NCBI GenBank assembly: GCA_017307755.1
Contig: JAFKGQ010000014.1
Location: 21,036-85,035, forward strand
Direction: 5' to 3'
DNA length: 64,000 bases
Origin: Chitinophagaceae bacterium
Lineage (GTDB): Bacteria; Bacteroidota; Bacteroidia; Chitinophagales; Chitinophagaceae
The position numbers and the translations under genes are program-made. This document shows positions 46,044-56,358 of the stretch, piece by piece. Position 1 is the stretch's first letter. Every line of letters starts with the position of its first letter. The notes below the pieces were generated by a model. The model did no database searches and was not told the origin of the DNA. It saw nothing but the letters and a program-made list of their open reading frames with translations.

Positions 46044-46836
46044 TATGCACTTTTGTCCTTCTCTCCCGGATGGTATGCGCGCTGAAATACCCCAGCGCCC
46101 CATTGCTGATATTGGAAACAGGATTGGCCGGCGCAGCTGCTGAATTGAAAGCTCCCCCTCCCCCACCGGACTGGTCCAGTTGGTTGAAATAGTTAAAGAT
46201 CGGCTCATCGATACAGTACATCGCTATTTCCAGGGAATCGCCTTCATGCAGGATATCGTCGGTATTACGCAGGTCCCGGGTAATGTATTTCCCATCTGTT
46301 AGTCTGTCGTTAAATACAAAAATGTCCTTTGTCACAAGTACTCCATTCAGGTATTCGTTGAACAGGTAATAATTCTTTACACCGGGCGGGTCCTGAAAAT
46401 TCGGGACAGCCCTGATATTTTTTTTACCAAAAGCCCCCGCTCTACGAAAGGTAATGGAATCGAAAGGTACGGGAAAAGGCATCGTGGAGGCCGCCGTGTA
46501 TAATGTATCCCCCAACTGTACCGACAACATATAAGTATTGCCGGGCTTACCTGTCATCGTCTGTGTCATATACACGCCGGGCGATGTCTCGATCAGGCTA
46601 TCGCTATGCCCCTCGTTATCGCTGATCTTTACCCGGCCTCCGCTGACTGGCGGGAAAGTGTTCTCCGCTTTGAAGTTCACACTCATGTTGATCTTTACCG
46701 TGTAAGGACCGGCGGCATCCGTAACCGCCCCCTCAATAACGATATGAGGGCCTGCATCGTCCAAGTTCAGATTCACCTCTTTTTTGCAGGAACACAAACA
46801 GACCAGGGCAGTCACGATAAATATGGAATATCGCAT
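46036..46836 (-). CDS. DUF4249 family lipoprotein
   Basis: Lipobox LCSCKK, FQDPPGVKNYY and PANPVSNISNGALGYFSA. Paralog of 21254..22042. Confidence 0.85.
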   Translation of the reverse strand: MRYSIFIVTALVCLCSCKKEVNLNLDDAGPHIVIEGAVTDAAGPYTVKINMSVNFKAENTFPPVSGGRVKISDNEGHSDSLIETSPGVYMTQTMTGKPGNTYMLSVQLGDTLYTAASTMPFPVPFDSITFRRAGAFGKKNIRAVPNFQDPPGVKNYYLFNEYLNGVLVTKDIFVFNDRLTDGKYITRDLRNTDDILHEGDSLEIAMYCIDEPIFNYFNQLDQSGGGGGAFNSAAAPANPVSNISNGALGYFSAHTIRERRTKVHIE

Positions 46837-46839
46837 CTC

Positions 46840-49155
46840 TTAGAATTTGAAGTTATAGGTAATAGAAGGCACCCAGCGGAAAAGAGCGTATTGCAAGGCC
46901 CTGGTCCGGGTGGCATTGTCCGGGTCCTGTTCGAAAGTGATGCTGTAAGGGTTCTCTCTCCCATATAGATTGTAAATGGAAAAGTTCCAGTTGCTGTCGA
47001 ATCTTTTCGTCTTTTTACCTTGCAGCGTCGCGCCGACATCCAGCCGGTGGTACGCCGGCATACGATAGGTGTTCCGCCGGGTATAAAGAAAGGCTATCTG
47101 CCCATTGACCTCGTATTTCCCGCTGGGCCAGGTGACGGCATTCCCGCTGTAATAAGTAAAGTCTGCCGATAAGGTCCATTTTTTCCCGGCTTTATAGATA
47201 CCCACGATAGAAAGATTATGGGTCCTGTCCTGGTTGGCAGGGAACCAGCTGCCCTTGTTGATCTCGCTGAATTGCCGTTCTGTCCGGGAAAGCGTATAAC
47301 TGATCCAACCGTTGAATTTCCCATATTTCTTCTTGAAGAACAGTTCCCATCCATAGGCCCTGCCCTTTCCAAATACGACCTGGGACTCGACATTCTCATT
47401 GGCTATCAGTTGAGCGCCGTTCTTATAATCTATCTGGTGCTGCATGTTGCGGTAATACACTTCCGAAGAGAACTCATACTGATTGTCATGAAAATTCCGG
47501 TAGTACCCTGCGGAAACCTGGTCCGCAATCTCAGGCCGTACATTATTGCTGCTGGGGATCCAGACATCCGTCGGGTTGGACGAAGTGGAATTGGACAGCA
47601 GATGCAGGTTCTGCGTGGTCCTCGTATAGGCCAGTTTGAAGGAACTGCCGTTGCCCAACTTGTAACTCGCCGAAAAACGAGGCTCCAGGTTAAAATAGTT
47701 CTTTACCACTTTCCCGCCGGAATAAACGGCCGTATCCCGGGCATTGCCGTCCTTGTCATACGTATAAAAACTGCCGGGTCCCATCACCGTAAAAGCCCCT
47801 GCCCGCAGTCCATAATTGATGTTGAGCCTTGTAAATAAGGAAAGGTCATGGGATACATAAGCAGCGCTTTCCACCGCATGTTTGTTCTGCAGTGTCAGGG
47901 GGTTGAAACTGGAGGTTTGCGAAGCCGAGATGACACCAGGGGAAGTAGTATGGCTGATGACATCTATGCCAAAATTCATCTTGTTGCCGGCGTTGGCATA
48001 ATATTGCATATCCTCCTTGAAATGCAGGTCTTTGATATAGGAGGTGATACCGATATTATTATTCCCCGAATTGATCCGGATATCGTAGTTGTACTTACTA
48101 TAGATCAGTGAAGCATTGGAGAAAAGCCTGCTGTTGAAAATATGGTTCCAGCGAAGGGTGCCCGTTACATTCCCATAGTCGATGCCGAATGTATTCCCAA
48201 AGCCAAGGTTGTCCTTCCCAAAATAGCCGGAGAAAAAAAGATGGTCCCTGTCGCTCAGACGAAGATTCGCCTTGGCGTTGATGTCATAAAAATAAAGGCT
48301 GTTCTGATTGGTAGAGCTGTCCTTCGATAGTTTGAGGAAAACGTCCGCATAGGTCCTGCGGGCGCTGATGATAAAGGAGCTCTTGTCTTTTTCTATCGGT
48401 CCTTCTATGTTCAGACGGGAGGAAATGAGCCCGATACCGCCGCTGGCATGATATTCCTTGTTGTTACCGTCATTCATCTTTACATCCAGCACGGAAGACA
48501 ACCGCCCGCCATACTCCGCGGGCGTAGCCCCTTTATACAACGTGACATCCTTGATGGCATCCGAATTAAAAGTGGAGAAAAAACCCAATAGATGGGAAGG
48601 ATTGTACACGGTGGCCTCATCCAGCAGGATCAGGTTTTGGTCCGTATTGCCTCCGCGTACAAAAAAACCACTGTTGCCATCCCCCGCCGACTGCACTCCG
48701 GGCAATAGCTGTAAGGTCTTCAAAATATCTTTCTCCCCGAAGAGCACGGGCAGGTCCTTGATCTCATTGATGGATAGTTTCTGTACCCCCATCAGAGGTT
48801 TAGAGACGCTATTGTTCCTCCCCGCCGTGACTACAGCCTCCTGCAGCTGTCGCACACCCGTCTCCAGACCAATGGATATCGAAGTATCCTTTCTCAGGTC
48901 CAGGGCAATACTGTCACTACCGTATCCGGAAAAGCTGACCACCATGGTATAATGACCGGGGGTGGCGCTGATAGAATAAAATCCATAAGCATTGCTTACC
49001 GCGGCAATATTAGGGCTTTCCGCCAGGACGATGCTGGCCCCGATCAGCGTCTCTCCGGAATGCTTATCCCTGATAGTCCCACTCACAACATGACGAGCCT
49101 GTGCCGACGCTAACGCCGGAAGAAACCATAAACATATATTGAAGAAAGATCTCAT
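46840..49155 (-). CDS. TonB-dependent receptor, paralog of 22047..24686, without STN domain
   Basis: EKDILKTLQLLPG..DQNLILLDEATVYNPSHLLGFFSTFNSDAIK and C-terminal PSITYNFKF. Confidence 0.92.
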   Translation of the reverse strand: MRSFFNICLWFLPALASAQARHVVSGTIRDKHSGETLIGASIVLAESPNIAAVSNAYGFYSISATPGHYTMVVSFSGYGSDSIALDLRKDTSISIGLETGVRQLQEAVVTAGRNNSVSKPLMGVQKLSINEIKDLPVLFGEKDILKTLQLLPGVQSAGDGNSGFFVRGGNTDQNLILLDEATVYNPSHLLGFFSTFNSDAIKDVTLYKGATPAEYGGRLSSVLDVKMNDGNNKEYHASGGIGLISSRLNIEGPIEKDKSSFIISARRTYADVFLKLSKDSSTNQNSLYFYDINAKANLRLSDRDHLFFSGYFGKDNLGFGNTFGIDYGNVTGTLRWNHIFNSRLFSNASLIYSKYNYDIRINSGNNNIGITSYIKDLHFKEDMQYYANAGNKMNFGIDVISHTTSPGVISASQTSSFNPLTLQNKHAVESAAYVSHDLSLFTRLNINYGLRAGAFTVMGPGSFYTYDKDGNARDTAVYSGGKVVKNYFNLEPRFSASYKLGNGSSFKLAYTRTTQNLHLLSNSTSSNPTDVWIPSSNNVRPEIADQVSAGYYRNFHDNQYEFSSEVYYRNMQHQIDYKNGAQLIANENVESQVVFGKGRAYGWELFFKKKYGKFNGWISYTLSRTERQFSEINKGSWFPANQDRTHNLSIVGIYKAGKKWTLSADFTYYSGNAVTWPSGKYEVNGQIAFLYTRRNTYRMPAYHRLDVGATLQGKKTKRFDSNWNFSIYNLYGRENPYSITFEQDPDNATRTRALQYALFRWVPSITYNFKF

Positions 49156-49311
49156 CGGAGGTGGTTGATTTGCAACACAAGAATAATAAGCGCGGCTGTT
49201 AAAAAAAAGTTATCGGGGACAAGTTACAGGAAAATGGTGGCAAACAACCCACCTATTGGCTTGGTAGGTTTTTTGATCATATGTGGGAAAAATGCGGGAT
49301 TTTTGACACCC

Positions 49312-50145
49312 ATGAACCATTTTCTCATTGGACTCGTATTATTCTTGCTACCTGTATCGGTTTTGGCACAAAAAGACTCCACCAGTCGCACGGACACGGT
49401 GCCCCGGGTGAAAGACACGATACCCCAGGTAAAAAAAACCACCGATTCCGTCCACTATACCGACGCCACTAAATATCGCTGGTCCTGGGCTGCCACCGGC
49501 AATATCAATAATACCAATACAACCAGCTCCTATCTGATAAGCAATGCTGTCCAATTAAGCGCCGCCAGAAAAAAAGCAGCGCTCAACCTCAATACCAGTT
49601 GGGTCTATGGCGCCCAGTCGGGCAACCTCACTAATAATGACTTTACTTCCACAGCCGATATCAACATGTATAAGACCCTCCGTCACTCTTATTATTGGGG
49701 CCTGATCACCTACAATACCAGCCTTTCCCTACGGATAAACAACCTTTTTCAGAGCGGCGCGGGCATCGGCTATAATGTCCTGGATAAAAAAACGGCCGTT
49801 ATCCTTGTCAGCGACGGTATCCTCTATGAGAATGGCGACCTGTACCAGATGCATTATGGCGGACCCGCAGGAGCCGAAACTATACAGGACCGCTACCAGG
49901 CGCTCCGGAACTCTTTCCGGCTAAAATACCGTTTTGTCATCCATGAAAGGATCACGCTGGAAGGCGTCGAGCTGATCCAGCACTCGCTGGCCACTATCCA
50001 TAACTATATCCTGAACCTCAACGCCGCCGGCTCGGTACGGCTAAATAAATGGCTGAATGTAACGGCCGCCTTTACTTTTAATAAATTCACCCGTACCCGC
50101 AGTGAAAATACACTGGTGACCTTTGGGTTTACCGTTACCCGATAA
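49312..50145 (+). CDS. DUF481-like outer-membrane beta-barrel protein
   Basis: Signal peptide from ATG 49312, amphipathic strands and C-terminal LVTFGFTVTR. Confidence 0.6.
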   Translation: MNHFLIGLVLFLLPVSVLAQKDSTSRTDTVPRVKDTIPQVKKTTDSVHYTDATKYRWSWAATGNINNTNTTSSYLISNAVQLSAARKKAALNLNTSWVYGAQSGNLTNNDFTSTADINMYKTLRHSYYWGLITYNTSLSLRINNLFQSGAGIGYNVLDKKTAVILVSDGILYENGDLYQMHYGGPAGAETIQDRYQALRNSFRLKYRFVIHERITLEGVELIQHSLATIHNYILNLNAAGSVRLNKWLNVTAAFTFNKFTRTRSENTLVTFGFTVTR

Positions 50146-50158
50146 CGCCCCCGCCACG

Positions 50159-50228
50159 CCAAATTCATCGAAACCCCGCCCAAATTGGTCGAAATCTTTT
50201 CCTTCTCTCCATGAGAAAGGTAGTTTTG
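50159..50228 (+). promoter_or_regulatory. 21-bp-period direct repeat (putative LytTR site) plus -7 element
   Basis: CCAAATTcaTCGAAA (50159) and CCAAATTggTCGAAA (50180). TAGTTTTG at 50221. Confidence 0.6.
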
Positions 50229-50248
50229 TGAGGTAAACACCCTAGCCC

Positions 50249-51403
50249 ATGGAATACGACAACGACAGAATAAGACGGAGGACCGACAGGATCGAGATCT
50301 TTTACTGGATCCTTTTCGTCCTGGTCTACCCCCTGATCAATGGAACAACCCTTTTTACACGGGACCTGCATATCTGGCCTGTGTTGCTATTCATAAGCCT
50401 GATGCTCTTCCCGGCCTATCTGCTCTACTCCCGTATCATGGGTTCCCTCTTCCTTACCCTGCGCCGCGGAGGCGCAGCAATTCTTATGACCATTCTCTCC
50501 TTCCTGGTCATCGGGACCTTCCTGTTCACCATCTATTCGGTGATATTAAAATTTAATCTAAGCCCCTGGGAAAAGGCCTACTTTACCTTCTCCTCCACAA
50601 CCCTCCTTAGAGAAAGCAGCTGGACCATCCTGAACATGGGTTTCTCTATGGCAATATTTTACATCCGCAAATCCATCGACGAAAAGACCTTGCTTGAAGC
50701 CCTCCAGCGGGACACCAACTTCTTCAAGCTCCGCTATCTCAGGGCGCAGCTAAACCCTCATTTTCTTTTTAATACGTTGAACAGCATCTATTCTCTCAGT
50801 CTGCAGCGCTCCGAAAAGACCCCGGAAGTGGTGGTTAAACTGGCCGACATTATGCGCTATCTTATCTATGAATGTAATGAAGAAAAGATCCCATTGAATA
50901 AAGAAATTGACTTTATCCGCAACTACATTGATATCGAGAAGATACGCTACAAGGCAGACATCAGATTTACAGTGGAAGGCATCACGGCCGGCGTTATGAT
51001 CGAACCTTTTCTTTTTATATCCTTTATCGAAAACGGCTTCAAACATGCCCTGGATAATTCCTTTACGGAGCCATTCATCTATATCACGCTCAAAGTGGAA
51101 GAAGGACAGATCGTCCTGAATGTCATCAACAGCACCAATGCCGACCTGGAAACCCAGGCCAAAAGGCGGATGGCGGGGAAAGGTCTTGCCAACAGCAAGA
51201 GTATCCTCGAATTGTTGTACCCGGATGCCTATGAGCTGGACATCATCCAGACTGAGAAAGAAGAGAACAGGAACAGCGATCTTCGGCTCCGCCATGCCCG
51301 CGAACGCCTGGAAAGCCTCTATCCCGACGCTTTTACCCTCGACGTTATATTAAGCAAAGGCGCTTTCACCGTATCTTTGATCCTGAAAACCGCAGCCGCT
51401 TGA
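50249..51403 (+). CDS. LytS/YehU-type sensor histidine kinase
   Basis: Four TM helices, LRAQLNPHFLFNTLN and IEPFLFISFIENGFKH. Confidence 0.92.
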   Translation: MEYDNDRIRRRTDRIEIFYWILFVLVYPLINGTTLFTRDLHIWPVLLFISLMLFPAYLLYSRIMGSLFLTLRRGGAAILMTILSFLVIGTFLFTIYSVILKFNLSPWEKAYFTFSSTTLLRESSWTILNMGFSMAIFYIRKSIDEKTLLEALQRDTNFFKLRYLRAQLNPHFLFNTLNSIYSLSLQRSEKTPEVVVKLADIMRYLIYECNEEKIPLNKEIDFIRNYIDIEKIRYKADIRFTVEGITAGVMIEPFLFISFIENGFKHALDNSFTEPFIYITLKVEEGQIVLNVINSTNADLETQAKRRMAGKGLANSKSILELLYPDAYELDIIQTEKEENRNSDLRLRHARERLESLYPDAFTLDVILSKGAFTVSLILKTAAA

Positions 51404-52107
51404 TAAAATGCATCATAGTGGAGGATGAAACCCTGGCCCAGGATGTCATCAAAAGTCATTTGGCGCAAATGGGCCGATGGGAACTGGTGGGCGTGTACCG
51501 GAATGCCCTCGAAGCCACGGAAGCCCTCCGGACGCAGGAAGTGGACGTCATGTTCCTGGACATCCGTCTGCCCGGTATGAGCGGTCTTCACTTTCTCCGC
51601 AACCTCTCCGATCCTCCCTTGGTGGTGCTCACTACGGCTTATGCGGAATATGCCGTGGAAAGCTATGAGTTCAGTGTCATCGACTATCTGTTGAAACCGA
51701 TCTCCTTCGAACGCTTCTCCAGAGCTGTGGACAGGATCGAGGACGGACGGCTCTTTTCCCTGACAAGTAAAGAACAGGAGAAGGTACATGAGGATCATAT
51801 CTTTGTCAAATCCAACAGCAAATTCTTTAAGGTCAATTTCTCCGAGATCATTTATGTAGAAGGCATGAAGGATTACGTAAAGATCCATACGCCGGAATAC
51901 GCCCTGGTGACCCATCAGACCATGAACGAACTGGAAAAGACCCTTCCTGCCCGCGGGTTTATCCGGGTACATAAATCCTACATCGTCGCCATCGCCCATA
52001 TCCGGTCTATCTACGGCAACTCCATCGAATTGGGGAAACTCACCATCCCCATCGGCATCAATTATAAAGAGTCGGTCATGGCGCTGGTGGGACGTCGATC
52101 AGGGTGA
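51400..52107 (+). CDS. LytTR family response regulator
   Basis: IVEDE..FLDIRLP..TTAY..LLKP and FIRVHKSYIV. Confidence 0.93.
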   Translation: MIKCIIVEDETLAQDVIKSHLAQMGRWELVGVYRNALEATEALRTQEVDVMFLDIRLPGMSGLHFLRNLSDPPLVVLTTAYAEYAVESYEFSVIDYLLKPISFERFSRAVDRIEDGRLFSLTSKEQEKVHEDHIFVKSNSKFFKVNFSEIIYVEGMKDYVKIHTPEYALVTHQTMNELEKTLPARGFIRVHKSYIVAIAHIRSIYGNSIELGKLTIPIGINYKESVMALVGRRSG

Positions 52108-52112
52108 CGGCA

Positions 52113-54341
52113 CTAATGCTTTAAATACCGCTCAAGGTACTGGAAGCTCACCGTGGATATCAACAAATGACTCTGCCAGTTATACGCCGCTCCATGCGCC
52201 CCCGGCGGATATATCCGTAGGTCCACGTCCTTACCCGCATTGGTAAGCGCCGTCAGCAGCTGCATGGTATGCGCAGGGTGCACGTTGTCATCGCTCATGG
52301 AATGGATCAGCAGCAGATGGTCCTTTAATCCCGACGCATGAGTCATATCCGAGCTGTTCTTATACCCTGCCTCATTCTCCGGTAGCGTCCCCATATAACG
52401 TTCCGTATACACATCGTCATACAGCCGCCAGTCCGTCACAGGGGAATTGGCGATACCTACCTTGAAGACGCCGGGATGGGTCAGCAAGGTATAGGTAGTG
52501 CTGTAGCCACCATAGCTTGTCCCCATGATAGCCATATTGCTGCCGTCCACATACGGTAGCGTGGAGAGATAATGCGCCGTCTCCGCAAAGTCATTGCTCT
52601 CCCATTTACCCAGTTGCCCATACACTATTTTCAAGAACTGGCTGCCATAATTGGCAATCCCCCTGTTATTCACATCTACGATGATATAACCATTCTGCGC
52701 CAGCCACTGGTGCATGCCATTATAGGCCCACCGGTTAAATACGCCATGGGATTCCGGCCCCCCGTAGATCGCCAGCACAACAGGATATTTTTTTGTAGGG
52801 TCAAAGTTAAAAGGCTTGATCATGCTGCCATCCAGCCCTACTCCATCCGAGGTCTTAAAATGGAAAAGTTCGGAGGGGGCATATTCATGCGACTTTACAA
52901 AATCGCTCGTAGCCTGGTTGTCCTGCAACAGCCGGAGCAACCGCCCTTTTGAATCATACAAACCCACTCGCACCGGTGTTCCGATATTGCTGTATTCATC
53001 AATGTACCAGGCTGTATTCGTAGACATGTCGATGTTATGAAAACCCTCTACGCCCGTGAGCTTTTTCTTTCCCGTTCCATCATATTTGATCGTGTACAGC
53101 TGTTGTTCGAGAGGAGAGGCTTCCGCGGAGAGATAAAAGATGGACTTTGTATCCGGGTTGATCCCCGTTACCTTTATCATGTCCCAATTGCCGCTGGTCA
53201 CCTGGTTGATCATCTGTCCGTCATATCCATAATGATAGATATGGTAATAACCGCTCCGGTCCGACACCCAGAAAAAATCCTTCGTCTTTTCCGGGAAATA
53301 AATCATGTCGCCCACATTGGTATAGAAATTAAAGATCGCCACCCATGTATCGTTCTTCTCCTGCAGCACCAGCCGGCGGGCGCCCGTCTTCACGTTGAAG
53401 AAATAGAGCTTCATATGGTTCTGCGCCCGGTTGAGCGTCATCATCGCCAGTTCGTCGGGGTTGCTGGTCCAATAGATGCGGGGGATATAGAAATCTCCCG
53501 TGTCGGCTGGCTCCAGCCATAATTTTTCACCGGATTGTACATCCACTACCCCGATCCTTACTTTGGGATTGCTGTCACCAGGCTGCGGTATGGGGATAGT
53601 CACCTGGTCAGGGTGAAAGCCTTCATAGTTCGTCATATGGAAGATGGGCACCGGACGTTCGTCAAACTGCCAGAAAGCGATATACCTGCTGTCCCTGCTC
53701 CAGTTCCAGGCCTGCGCCTGGCCAAACTCTTCCTCGTATACCCAATCGTAGTGACCATTAAAAACCCCATTCTCGCTGGTACTGTCGGCCGTGAGCTGTT
53801 GTTCCCTTCCTTTGGAGAAATCGTAAACATACATGTTGCCGCCCCTTTCAATACCCACCATCCGGCCATTGGGGGAAAGCTCGGCCGATCTCGCGTCGGA
53901 CGCAGCCTGCTGCAGTTGACGCGAGTCCACATCATAGATATAATAGTCGGATATGGCGCTGCGGCGATAAAGATGCCGGGTATTGGTCTTAAACACCAGG
54001 TGCTTACTGTCACGGCTCCACTGAAAAGACTGGTAATTGAATTCCTTATCTGTTCCCGGGAAGCGCATACCGCCGTTGGAGTAAACAGTCTTTTCCTGCA
54101 ACGTCTTAGGATCCAGGACATGGATCTCGCTGCCCTCGATAAATGAGTACTGGTTGCCTTCCTGTATCCAGTTCAGACTCGCAGGACCCGATCTCCCTCT
54201 CAGCAGCGCAGAGGATTGCAAGGCTTCCGAAATGTTCCCATATTGCTTTTTGTCTTGCGCTTGAAGACCGCGCATACCAACCAACAGGAGGGAAAGACTC
54301 ACAAAAAACACACGGGGTGTTTGGGTATATTTCATTGTCAT
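52113..54341 (-). CDS. S9B dipeptidyl peptidase IV
   Basis: DWVYEEEF, GTSYGG nucleophile, DDNVH and GAH catalytic triad residues. Confidence 0.95.
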   Translation of the reverse strand: MTMKYTQTPRVFFVSLSLLLVGMRGLQAQDKKQYGNISEALQSSALLRGRSGPASLNWIQEGNQYSFIEGSEIHVLDPKTLQEKTVYSNGGMRFPGTDKEFNYQSFQWSRDSKHLVFKTNTRHLYRRSAISDYYIYDVDSRQLQQAASDARSAELSPNGRMVGIERGGNMYVYDFSKGREQQLTADSTSENGVFNGHYDWVYEEEFGQAQAWNWSRDSRYIAFWQFDERPVPIFHMTNYEGFHPDQVTIPIPQPGDSNPKVRIGVVDVQSGEKLWLEPADTGDFYIPRIYWTSNPDELAMMTLNRAQNHMKLYFFNVKTGARRLVLQEKNDTWVAIFNFYTNVGDMIYFPEKTKDFFWVSDRSGYYHIYHYGYDGQMINQVTSGNWDMIKVTGINPDTKSIFYLSAEASPLEQQLYTIKYDGTGKKKLTGVEGFHNIDMSTNTAWYIDEYSNIGTPVRVGLYDSKGRLLRLLQDNQATSDFVKSHEYAPSELFHFKTSDGVGLDGSMIKPFNFDPTKKYPVVLAIYGGPESHGVFNRWAYNGMHQWLAQNGYIIVDVNNRGIANYGSQFLKIVYGQLGKWESNDFAETAHYLSTLPYVDGSNMAIMGTSYGGYSTTYTLLTHPGVFKVGIANSPVTDWRLYDDVYTERYMGTLPENEAGYKNSSDMTHASGLKDHLLLIHSMSDDNVHPAHTMQLLTALTNAGKDVDLRIYPPGAHGAAYNWQSHLLISTVSFQYLERYLKH

Positions 54342-54343
54342 AC

Positions 54344-54565
54344 TTATTTTTTGGGAGGAAGGCTAAAAGCCACTGCATCGTGTTCAAAATGTCCTTTATG
54401 ACTGCCGTCACAGAACGGCTTGTTCTTTGAAAGACCACAGCGGCATATGGAGATGATCTCTCTCCCGCCAAGGTCATAAAGAGCGCCTGTTTTATCTGCT
54501 ATTTCAAAATCACCTTCTACTTTTAATGATCCGTTGCTGTTGACCGTAATCTTTGTTTTTGACAT
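54344..54565 (-). CDS. CDGSH iron-sulfur domain protein
   Basis: CRCGLSKNKPFCDGSH. Start moved to ATG 54565. Confidence 0.92.
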   Translation of the reverse strand: MSKTKITVNSNGSLKVEGDFEIADKTGALYDLGGREIISICRCGLSKNKPFCDGSHKGHFEHDAVAFSLPPKK

Positions 54566-54714
54566 TGTCTGTTTAATTTGTGTGAGCTTCCGGTTCATCC
54601 GGGCCGGCAAAATAGTATTTTTTTTCGGACAGACGGGTTGGATTGTTTATGAGCGGCGGACGTTATCTTGTCCGGCAGATAAGATTATTATATTTTAGAT
54701 GATCAAACTTTATA

Positions 54715-56349
54715 ATGAAACGAAAAGACTTTCTTTCAATGGCCGGCATGGGCATGGGCGGTGTATTGCTGGGCAGGGTGCCGGTGCTGGGTGCAACCTC
54801 ACGCCCACGTATGGAGACTCCATGGCTGGATACAGGGATCAAGCGGCAGCTGGCGGATGTAGCCCTGAATGCGGCCCGGTCAAAAGGGGCTACCTATGCC
54901 GACGTACGCATTGGTCGTTATCTCAACCAATTCATCATCACCAGGGAAGATAAAGTATTGAATATAGTGGACACGGAATCATATGGTATGGGTATCCGTG
55001 TGATCGCAAATGGCTCCTGGGGATTCGCCGCCACCGACAAACTGGACAAAGACAATATCGCCCGGTCGGCCGAGATGGCAGTATCCATCGCAAAGGAGAA
55101 CGCCCGTCTGCAATCGCAGCCCGTCCAGCTGGCGCCGCAAAAAGGATACGGAGAGGTCAGTTGGAAAACCCCTATCATAAAGAATGGCTTTGACATTCCC
55201 ATCAAGGAAAAAGCAGAAATGCTGCTGGCTGTCAATGACGCAGCAATGAAGGCCGGCGCCAGTTTCATCGACACGGCCCTTTTCCTGGTGAACGAACAGA
55301 AGTACTTCGCTTCCACGGACGGATCATACATCGATCAGGACATCCACCGCATATGGCCTACTTTCACCGTCACAAAAATAGACAGTAAGACCGGCAAGTT
55401 CGAGACAAGGGATTCCCTGGGCTCACCCATGGGAACAGGTTACGAATATCTGACACCCGATGACAGTCGGAAGATCAGGACCGTAACCACCTTATACAGG
55501 GACAGGTACGACATGCTGGAAGACGCCAGGCTGGCTGCCGTACAAGCAGGAGAAAAGCTGGCTGCCAAGTCTGTAGAGCCAGGTAAGTACGACCTGGTGC
55601 TGGACCCCAGCAATCTGTACCTTACTATCCATGAATCAGCAGGCCATCCTTCTGAACTGGACAGGGTCCTGGGATATGAGGCCAATTTTGCAGGCACCAG
55701 CTTTTTGACCCTTGATAAATGGAAGACAAAAAAGTTTAACTATGGCAGCAAACTGGTCAATATTGTCGCCGACAGGACCCAGCCCGGCTCCCTGGGCGCC
55801 GTAGGTTATGACGATGAAGGCGTCGGATGTAAGGAGTGGGATATCATAAAAGACGGCGTCCTGGTGAACTACCAGGCCATACGCGACCAGGCCCATATCA
55901 TCGGGCTCAACGAGTCCCAGGGATGCTGCTATTCACAAAGCTGGCAGGACGTACAGTTCCAGCGCATGGCCAATATCTCCCTTCGCCCCGGCCCAACACC
56001 ACTTACACCCAACGAACTGATAAAAAATGTAGAAAAAGGTATCTATATCGTGGGCGCCGGCTCCTACTCCATCGACCAGCAGCGCTATAATTTCCAATTC
56101 AGCGGCCAGTTGTTCTATGAGATCAGGAACGGTAAGATCGCAGGCATGTTAAAGGACGTGGCCTACCAGGCAAATACCCAGGAATTCTGGAATTCCTGCG
56201 CCGCTGTTTGCGATCAGCGCGACTATCGCCTGGGAGGTACATTCTTTGACGGCAAGGGACAACCACCGCAAAGCAATGCCGTATCCCATGGTTCTGCCAC
56301 AGCCAGATTCAATGGCATCAACGTAATCAATACAGCTAGAAAGATCTAA
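54715..56349 (+). CDS. tldD: TldD metalloprotease subunit with Tat-like N-terminus
   Basis: YADVRI, GMGIRV..NG.WGFAA, HESAGH (HExxxH) and K.QP.Q...VSHGS. N-terminus MKRKDFL. Confidence 0.92.
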   Translation: MKRKDFLSMAGMGMGGVLLGRVPVLGATSRPRMETPWLDTGIKRQLADVALNAARSKGATYADVRIGRYLNQFIITREDKVLNIVDTESYGMGIRVIANGSWGFAATDKLDKDNIARSAEMAVSIAKENARLQSQPVQLAPQKGYGEVSWKTPIIKNGFDIPIKEKAEMLLAVNDAAMKAGASFIDTALFLVNEQKYFASTDGSYIDQDIHRIWPTFTVTKIDSKTGKFETRDSLGSPMGTGYEYLTPDDSRKIRTVTTLYRDRYDMLEDARLAAVQAGEKLAAKSVEPGKYDLVLDPSNLYLTIHESAGHPSELDRVLGYEANFAGTSFLTLDKWKTKKFNYGSKLVNIVADRTQPGSLGAVGYDDEGVGCKEWDIIKDGVLVNYQAIRDQAHIIGLNESQGCCYSQSWQDVQFQRMANISLRPGPTPLTPNELIKNVEKGIYIVGAGSYSIDQQRYNFQFSGQLFYEIRNGKIAGMLKDVAYQANTQEFWNSCAAVCDQRDYRLGGTFFDGKGQPPQSNAVSHGSATARFNGINVINTARKI

Positions 56350-56358
56350 ATTTTTAAC

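Noticed and set aside
49156-49311. 21-bp-period LytTR-type repeat upstream of the TBDR-DUF4249-LytS-LytTR operon
   Set aside because: Searched by eye. No convincing direct repeat with that spacing was found.
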